DNA from: an uncultured delta proteobacterium | GTDB taxonomy: Bacteria > Myxococcota_A > UBA9160 > UBA4427 | Length of the DNA stretch: 64,000 nt | Assembly: GCA_963822965.1 (NCBI GenBank) | Contig: CAWGJT010000014.1 | Span: 352,001 to 416,000 of the forward strand | Direction: 5' to 3' | Shown: one piece after another, positions 52,201 to 61,200 of the stretch | Layout of the letters: the number at the start of each line of letters is the position of its first letter | How positions within the stretch are numbered: the stretch's first letter is position 1 | The notes under the pieces: generated by a model | What the model saw: only the letters and a program-made list of their open reading frames with translations | Database searches by the model: none | What the model was told of the DNA's origin: nothing | Program-made: the position numbers and the translations under genes

Positions 52201-55200
52201 CACAATGCGAGCACCGGGCCGGCCTGGAACCTGACGATCACGGATCAGCTGGCCGACGGCGCCACGGGCGGCACCTGCGACCTGCCGCCGTCCCAGGTCA
52301 CGGCCCGGGTCTTCCAGGCGGACGGGGTGACGCCGGTCTCCGCCCCGCTCGTCGCGGGCTCGGACTTCGCGACCACGTTCGACGCGGGCACGTGCGTGTT
52401 CGGCATCTCCATGCTCTCCGCGGCGACCGTCCTCGACGCCGACCAGCGCCTGCTCGTCAGCTACGACGCCAGCCTCGACGGAGACACCCAGGACGGCGCC
52501 GTTCTCACGAACGTGGCCGGCGCGACGGAGTGGTTCAGCACCGACGGCGCGAACCCGGCGACCGTCGCCGACCGGCGCACCTACACGCGCGTCCTGACCG
52601 ACGGAACGGTCGGCGTGTTGGACCACGAGGACGCGCACACGCTCACGGTCGCGCTACCGACCTACCGGTTCGAGAAGACGGTGATCAACGTGACCACGGG
52701 CGCGGACCCCGGCACGGTCGCGACGCCGGGCGACACCCTCCGCTACCGACTGGTCGTGGAGAACCTGAGCGCCGTCCCGCTCGACAACGTCAGGATCCTC
52801 GACGAGCTGGGCGCCCTGAACGCGAGTCCGGTGTTCCAGCCCGGCACGCTGACGCTGGTGACCGTGCCCCCGGGCGCCGACGTGACGAACACCAGCAGCA
52901 CGGGCGGTGCCGACGGCACCGGCGTGCTGGACGTCCGGAACCTGAGCCTGCCGGGCCTGAACGACACGGTGCTGATCGAGTTCGAGATCGTCCTCGCCCC
53001 CGTGATCGCGGCCGGAACGCAGGTGACCAACCAGTCGCAGCTGCTCTTGAGCGACATTCCCTTCGCGTTGAGCGACGATCCCAACGTGAACGGTCCGGCC
53101 GACCCGATGGTCGCCGGGGACGAGGATCCGACGCGGGTCTTGATCCAGTCCGCACCGCTCTTCCAGGTACAGAAGGTCTCGTCCTACGTGACGGGCGATC
53201 CCACCGTCCTGCTGGCCGGGGAGACGCTGCGGTACACGATCACCGTGAAGAACGTGGGAACCGCCAACGCGGTCGACGCGACGCTTCGCGACGCGATTCC
53301 GGTGAACACCCAGTACGTGGCCGGCTCGACGACCCTGAACGGTGCGCCGGTCGCCGACGGGCCGGGAGGCGTGGCGCCGCTCAGCACGGGAATCCCGATC
53401 CACGCGCCCGAGGATCCCACCCCCGGCGCGATGCGCGCAGACGGGTCCGCCACCCCGGACAACGTGGCCACCCTCGTCTTCGACGTGGTCGTCGATCCGG
53501 ACGTGGTCGACGGTACCGTCATCTCGAACCAGGCCTTCGTCAGCGCCGTCCAGGGAGGCGTCTCGGACCAGCCCTCGGACGACCCCCGCACGGTCCTCGC
53601 GGACGACCCGACGCGCGACGTCGTGGGCAACGCCCCGTTGCTCTTCGCGCCCAAGAGCGTCGTGATCGGCGTGGACGGCGGGACGACGGGAATCGTCGAT
53701 CCGGGCGACCAGCTGCACTACACGATCACCGTCTACAACAGCGGGGCCGTTGCGGCGACCGGCGTTGCGCTGAGTGACGTCGTCCCGGCCAACACGACCT
53801 ACGTGCCGAACACGCTGACCCTGAACGGTCTCCCCGTGGGCCAGCCGGACGGGGGCGTTTCGCCGCTGGTGGCCGGGATCGCGATCAGCTCCGCGGATCT
53901 CACCCCGCCCGTCCCGGCGCCGGGGGCGGGCGTGCTCAGCCCGGGCCAGGCCGCCGTGGTCGGCTTCGACCTGCTCGTGAACGCCGGCACGCCGACGGGC
54001 ACGATCATCAGCAACCAGGCCGTGGTGCGCAGCGACCAGGTACCGACCCTGCTGACCGACGGCGACGGCAACCCGGCGACGGGTCCGGAGCCGACGATGG
54101 TCGTGGTCGGCGACGGGCAACAGCTCTCGATCACCAAGCAGGTCGCGGTGGTGGGCGGTGGGGCCGCGCTGCCGGGCTCGCAGCTCGAGTACATCGTACG
54201 GGTCGTCAACATCGCGGCCGTGCCGGCGAACACGGTGTCGATCACGGACGACCTCGATGCTCCCGTCGCGGGCCAGCTCGCCTACGTCGCCACGTCGGCG
54301 ACGATGAACGGCGCGGCCACGGGCGTGAGCGTCGTCGGGTCCGTCATCACGGCCGACTACGGCGGCACCTACGGCCCGCTGCAGCCGGGCGAGGCGGTCG
54401 TGCTGCGCTTCCTCGCGGTGCTCGACCCCGGAATCGCGATCGGCACGACGGTCACCAACACCGGGGTCGTCACGTGGAACACGCCGCCGCAGACGGCGAA
54501 CGCGAGCGTCTCGTTCGCCGTGGGCGGGACGCCCGGGGTCGGCGCCCTGAACGGCACGCTGTGGCACGACGCCGACTTCGACCTGTCCCTGGACCCCGGC
54601 GAGAGCGTGCTGCAGGGCTGGACGGTGGAGCTGCTTCGTGACGGCGTTTCGCTGCAGTCGGTGCTGAGCGATAGCAACGGCGCGTATCGCATCGCCGGAC
54701 TCGCGCCGAACGACACCGGCGGCGTGCAGTACGCCCTGCGGTTCCAGGCGCCGGGCGCCGGCGCCAGCACGGCTTCCCTGGGCCGGGCCGATTCGCCGTT
54801 CACCAACGGACCGCAGGAGATCACCGACATCGTGGTGGCCTCCGGGAGCAATCTCCAGAACCTCAATCTGCCGATCCAGCCGAACGGCGTGGTCTACGAC
54901 TCCATCCAACGGACGCCGCTCGCCGGCGCGACCCTGACCCTGCTGAGCGGAGGGGCGGGCATCGCCCTGCCGTCGACCTGCTTCGACGATCCGGCGCAGC
55001 AGGGCCAGGTCACCCTGGACAGCGGCGACTACAAGTTCGACCTGAACTTCTCGGATCCCTCGTGCCCGAGCGGCGGCAACTACCTGATCTCGGTGACGCC
55101 CCCGGGAACGACCTACGTCGCCGGAACCTCCCAGGTCATCCCGCCGAGCTCCGACGCCGGGACGCCGCCGTTCTCCGTGCCCGCGTGCCCCGGGACCGCC

Positions 55201-58200
55201 AGTGACGCGGTGCCGGCGACGGCGCAGTACTGCGAGGCGCAGCCCTCGGAGCTCGCCCCGGCGCTGTCGGTGCCTCCCCGCGCGCCGGAGACCGTCTACT
55301 ACCTGAACCTCTCGCTGGACGGCTCCCAGATTCCGGGCTCGAGCGAGATCTTCAACAACCACATCCCCGTCGACCCGGTCCTCGACGACGCCGTCGCGAT
55401 CACCAAGACGACGCCGATGGTGAACGTCAGCGTGGGGCAGCTCGTCCCCTACGAGATCGCGCTCGACAACGAGCTCGGCGTGGGGTTCGCCGACCTCAGC
55501 ATCGTCGACCGCTATCCGGCCGGCTTCCGCTACGTGGACGGGTCTGCGCAGATCGACGGCGTGCACGTCGAGCCGACGGTGAGCGGCCGGCAGCTCACGT
55601 GGACCGACGTGGGGATCGCCGCCTCGAGTCGCATCAGCCTGAAGCTGCTCCTCGCAGTGGGCGCCGGCGTCACCGAGGGCGAGTACGTGAACCGCGCGCA
55701 GGCGATCAGCTCGCTCACGGGGGCGGCGCTCTCGGGTGAAGCGTCGGCGACGGTGCGCGTGGTCCCCGATCCCACCTTCGACTGCACCGACGTGCTCGGC
55801 AAGGTCTTCGACGACGCCAACGGCGACGGCTCGCAGGATCGCGGCGAAAAGGGTCTGCAAGGCGTCAAGCTGGTGACCGCGCGCGGCCTGGTCGCGACGA
55901 CGGACGAGTACGGGCGCTTCCACATCACGTGCGCGGTGGTTCCGCGCCAGGGACGCGGCTCCAACTTCATCCTGAAGCTCGACGACCGGAGCCTGCCCAC
56001 CGGCTACCGGATGACGACCCGGCAGGTGCAGGTGAAGCGGGCGACCCGCGGTAAGGCGCTTCGCTTCACCTACGGCGCGTCGATCCACCGCGTGGTCTCC
56101 CTGGACATGGCGGACGCCGTCTTCGAGCCCGGCTCGACGGAGATGCGCGCGCAGTGGCGACCCCGCATCGCGATGTTGATCGAGGAGCTGGCGAAGGCGC
56201 CTTCGATCCTGCGTCTCTCGTACGTCGGCGACGTGGAGGCGGAGCGGCTCGTCGACCGGCGCCTGGCTGCGGTCAAGAAGCAGATCGAGGCTGCGTGGGA
56301 GGCGGCGGGCTCGGAGCGCTACGAGCTCACCATCGAGACCGAGGTGTTCTGGCGCCGCGGCGCGCCCCTGGACCAGCCCGTCCGGGAGCCGGAGGACGAG
56401 TCGCCCGGGTTGCCCCCGGTGTCCGCGGGCCCCCCCGTCGTCGAAGCCCCTCTGGGCGAAGCCGTCGAACGGCATCTGCCGGCCGATTCCGCGTACACGC
56501 AGTGGTCGCAGGACCCGGCGTTGCTCGCGGCGCAGGGCGGCGACCGCCTGGAGGAGCGGGAGGTCCGTTCCGAAGAGGCGGAGATCGTGAAGCTCACGAA
56601 CGTCGTGCCCCCGATCCACTTCGACTCGGGCGCGGCGGACGTCTCGCCGGCCACCATCCAGAAGCTGCGGGCCGTTCTCGACGGCATGCGAGACCTCGCG
56701 AACGTGCGTCTGCACCTGGTCGGCCACGCCGACGATCGCCCCCTCACGGGGGCTCTCGCCGAGCGGTACGGCGACAACGCCGGGCTCTCTCGCGAGCGGG
56801 CGGGAGAGGTCGCCGAGTTCCTCCAGACCGCGCTGGGTCTTCCGCCCGAGGCGATCTCCTTCGAGTGGGCCGGCGACAGCCAGCCGATCGCATCGAACGC
56901 CACGGAGGCGGGTAGGGCGCTCAACCGGCGCGTCGAGGTCGAAGTCTGGTACGACGAGTTCAAGGAGAAGCTGGAGGTCGAGGACGTCGTCGTCCCCGCG
57001 GAGATCAAGCGGGTCAAGGTCTGTCGCATCGAGACCGTGTGCAAGCTGCGCTACCGCGAGGGCCATGCGCACCGCGCGCGGGTCAAGAACCTGGTGACGC
57101 CCCTGCACTTCGGCGAGGACACGGTCGGGGTTCCGGCGGAGTTCGTCGGCCAGATCGATCAGGCCTTCCACAATCTCCGGGACAAGCAGAACGTCACCGT
57201 GAAGTTCGTCGCGTTCACGGACGACGTGCCGCTCACCGGTCGCGAAGAGCGCATCTACGGGACGCACCTCGCCCTCTCCAAGGCCCGGGCGCGTCGCGTG
57301 GCACTGGCGATCCGCGAAGCGCTCGATCTCCCGACGGCGGCGATCGCGAGCGACGGGCGGGGCGCGGAGCGGCCCATCGCCTCGAACGACACGGCCCGGG
57401 GCCGGGCGCTGAATCGGCGGGTGGAGGTGGAGTTCTGGTACGACGATCCGCTGCAGGAGCTGCCCGGCGAGCCGCAGCTCTGTCCCGACGCCGCGGGCGC
57501 CGAGCGGGTGACCCGGGTCTACGACCCGCCGTGGGGACGAATCGCGGCGCTCCCCGTCGACGACGGCGAGATCGTGGTTCCGCCGGACTACCCGGAGGCG
57601 CTGCGCCGCGCCATGGCGGACGTCGCCGACAAGACCAACGTGCGGTTGCGCTTCGTGGGCTATACGGGCAACGAACGCCTCGACCGGCGCACGGCGCTCG
57701 TCTACGGCGACGACATCGGGCTCTCCGCCGCTCGCGCGCGCCGGGCGATGAAGACGCTCCAGGCGGATCTCGGACTCTCTGACTCGCAGGTCGAGCACGA
57801 GGGTCGGGGCTACATCCAGTCGAGCGACGTGGTGAATGCCGGCTTCATCCAGGGAGAGGGCTCCTATGTGGCCGTGGAAGTGGTCTACGACGAGCTCGCG
57901 CTGCTCGACGACTACGAGGGCGTCGACGTTACGCCGATCACCCGGGAGCTGCGCGCCAAGGACCCGCTCGACCTCAACCTGATGCGCATCAGCGTCGACG
58001 GCGTGCCGGTCGACGACCCGGGACGGAGCTCGGCGGACATCCAACGCTGTACGGACGTGGCGCTGGACCGGGCCGACGTGCAGTTCCGCTTCGACGACCT
58101 CGCGTCCGTCGCACGCCTCTCCGTCACCGCCGACCCGGCTTCGATTCCGATGCACGAGTCCGAAGACGGGGACGTGGTGGGGGCGCCCGTCCGATTCCAG

Positions 58201-61200
58201 ACGTACACCAACTACGGGCACTTCATCGAGCGATCCGAGGTTCGCATCTTCGATCAGGAGCAGTCGTTGCAGGCCGAGCCGCTGGCCGTGGTCGACGTCG
58301 ACCCGGACGGCCTCGCGCAGTGGCGCCCGGTCGCGAAGCGCTTCCCGGCGCCGGTGCGGGCGTTGAAGTTCGTGCTGCGCGCATACGGCGCGGAGGATCG
58401 CTTCGACGAGACCGCGCCGCAGCAGCTCTGGATGATCTACGGCGACGCGGCGAGCGCGGGCGCGGTGGCTCCCGCCGTCGCGGAGCCTTCCGAAGCAAAT
58501 GCTCCGGCTGCTGCGCCGAAGCCGGAGAAGCCGGTCGCCGGAGATCCGCTGCTCGCCGGATATGGCGAGAGCGAGCCCATCGCGCGGAACATCCCCCTCG
58601 ACAGCGTGGGCACGGTCCGGGTCCAGGGACGCGGGATTCCGCCGAACCACGAGGTCTGGCTCGCCGGGGAGTCCGTCCCGGTGGACGAGCACGGCAACTT
58701 CGTGGGCGAGGTGGTGCTGCCTTCGGGGATGCACACGGTCGAGGTGGCCGTGCTGGACGAGGAGGGCAACGGCGAGCTCTTCCTGCGCGACCTCGAGCTC
58801 CAGAAGAACGACTGGTTCTACGTGGGCATCGCCGACCTGACGCTCTCCGCGAGCAAGACGAGCGGGCCCATGAAGAAGCTGCAGGGCCAGAAGGCTCCCT
58901 ACGACCAGGACTCCTGGGCCGACGGACGGCTGGCCTTCTTCCTGACCGGGAAGTTCGGCGAGGACTGGAAGCTGACGGCGAGCGCCGATACCCGCGAGGA
59001 AGAGGTGACGAAGCTCTTCACCAACTTCCTCGACAAGTCTCCCGACGCACTGTTCCGCCGGATCGACCCCGACTACCACTACCCGACCTTCGGGGACGAC
59101 AGCACGGTGGAGGAGACCGCGCCGACGAGCGGCAAGCTCTACGTGAAGCTGAGCAAGGACGAGAACCAGGCGCTCTGGGGCAACTTCAAGGTCGGCTATC
59201 TGGACAACGAGCTGGCCCAGGTCGATCGCGGACTCTACGGCGCCAACGTCCACTACCAGACGCTCGCGACCACCGGTCAGGGCGAGCAGCGCCTGGCGAT
59301 CGACGGCTTCGCTGCACAGCCGGGCACCGTGTCGAGCTTCGAGGAGTTCCGCGGCACCGGCGGCTCGCTCTACTTCCTGCGCCGGCAGGACATCATGACG
59401 GGGTCCGAGCGCGTCCGCATCGAGGTGCGGGACAAGGACTCCGGGCTCGTGAAGGGCGTGGTCAACCTGCAGCCGACGGTGGACTACGACATCGACTATC
59501 TCCAGGGGCGCGTCCTCCTCGCCGAGCCCCTCTCCGCGACGGTGGACGACAACCTGCTGGTCCGCAATCAGGGCCTGAGCGGCGACGAGGCCTGGCTGGT
59601 CGTCCAGTACGAGTACAGCCCGAGCTTCAACGAGCTGGACGCCATGACCTATGGCGGACAGGGGCACTACTGGCTCAACGACTTCGTCAAGGTGGGTGCG
59701 ACCGCGAGTCGCAACGACGAGGGGGCGAACAGTACGCTCTACGGGGGAGACCTGACCTTCCGGAAGAGCGCCCAGTCCTGGCTCAAGCTGCAGGCCGGAA
59801 GGAGCGAGGGACTCGTCTCCGCCGCGTACGCCTCCAACGACGGCGGCTTCGGCTTCCTCGGCACCGACGGCGTGGGCTTCGAGGAGGCCAAGGCCAACGC
59901 CTACCGGGTGGACGGCAGCGTCGGCTTCGGGGACTTCCTCCCCGGCGGCCGGGGCGTCCTCAGCTTCTACGCGCAGCGGACGGAAGCCGGCTACTCGGCG
60001 CCGAACCTGGTCACGCTCTTCGACACCGACCAGTACGGCGGCGCCCTCGAGATGCCCGTGCTGGACGAGCTTCACCTGACCGCCAAGGCGGCGCGGGAGG
60101 ACCAGAAGGACGGACTCCAGACGACCGCCGCGGAGGCCGACGTCGCCTGGGACCTGAGCGATCGCTGGAACCTGAGCAGCGGCGTCCGGTACGAGCGCCG
60201 AGAGGATTCCTCCCCCTTCGTCGTGGAGACCCAGCAGGAGGGGGATCGGGCGGACGGTGTGGTGCAGCTCGCCTACGACTCGCGGGACCGCTGGCGCGCC
60301 TACGGCTTCGGGCAGGCGACCCTGGTCAAGACGGGCGATCGGGACGCGAACAACCGCGGCGGCGTGGGCGGCGCCTTCCGCGTGACCGACCAGCTCAGCT
60401 TCGACGGCGAGGTCTCACACGGCAACCTGGGGCCGGCCGTCAAGATCGGGACGAGCTTCCAGGAGTCCGAGCGCACGCGCCGCTATCTCAGCTACACGAT
60501 GGAGGACGAGCGCGCCGAGACTGGTCTGAGCGGTCGCCGGGGCACTCTGATCTCCGGCGTCCGGTCGCGCTTCTCCGACAGCGGAAGCGTCTACGTCGAG
60601 GACCGCTACCAGCACTCGGACTTCACGAACGGCCTGACCAAGAGCATGGGCATCAGCCTGGCGCCGGCGGATCGCTGGACGATGGCGGGCAACTGGGAGC
60701 TCGGCACCCTGATCGACCGGCGAACCCAGGCCGAGACCAAGCGCCGGGCCGGCGGTGGCACCGTGGCCTACGCCGACGAGAGGTTCAAGCTCTCGACCGG
60801 GGTGGAGTACCGCTACGACAGGACGCAGCAGCCGGACGGGGAGTGGTCGCACCGCACGACGTGGTTGTTCCGGAACAGCGCGAAGATCCAGGTGACGCCG
60901 TCCGGGCGGGTGATCGGCAAGTTCAACCATTCCTTCAGCGACAGCTCCCTGGGGCAGTTCTACGACGGCGGCTTCACGGAGGCCGTGTTCGGTGTGGCGT
61001 ACCGGCCGGTGCAGCACGACCGCCTCGACGTGCTGGCCAAGTACACCTACTTCTACAACGTCCCGACCACCGACCAGGTGGTTCTCGAGAACACGCCGGT
61101 CGAGTTCATCCAGAAGAGCCACGTCGCCTCGCTCGATCTCACCTACGAGCTGACCCGGAGCCTCACGGTCGGCGGCAAGTACGCCTATCGCCGCGGTGAG

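Noticed and set aside
46105..60075. Very long minus-strand ORFs (2177 aa and 2473 aa)
   Set aside because: Antisense shadows of the giant gene caused by GC-rich codon bias; the translations show no motifs.
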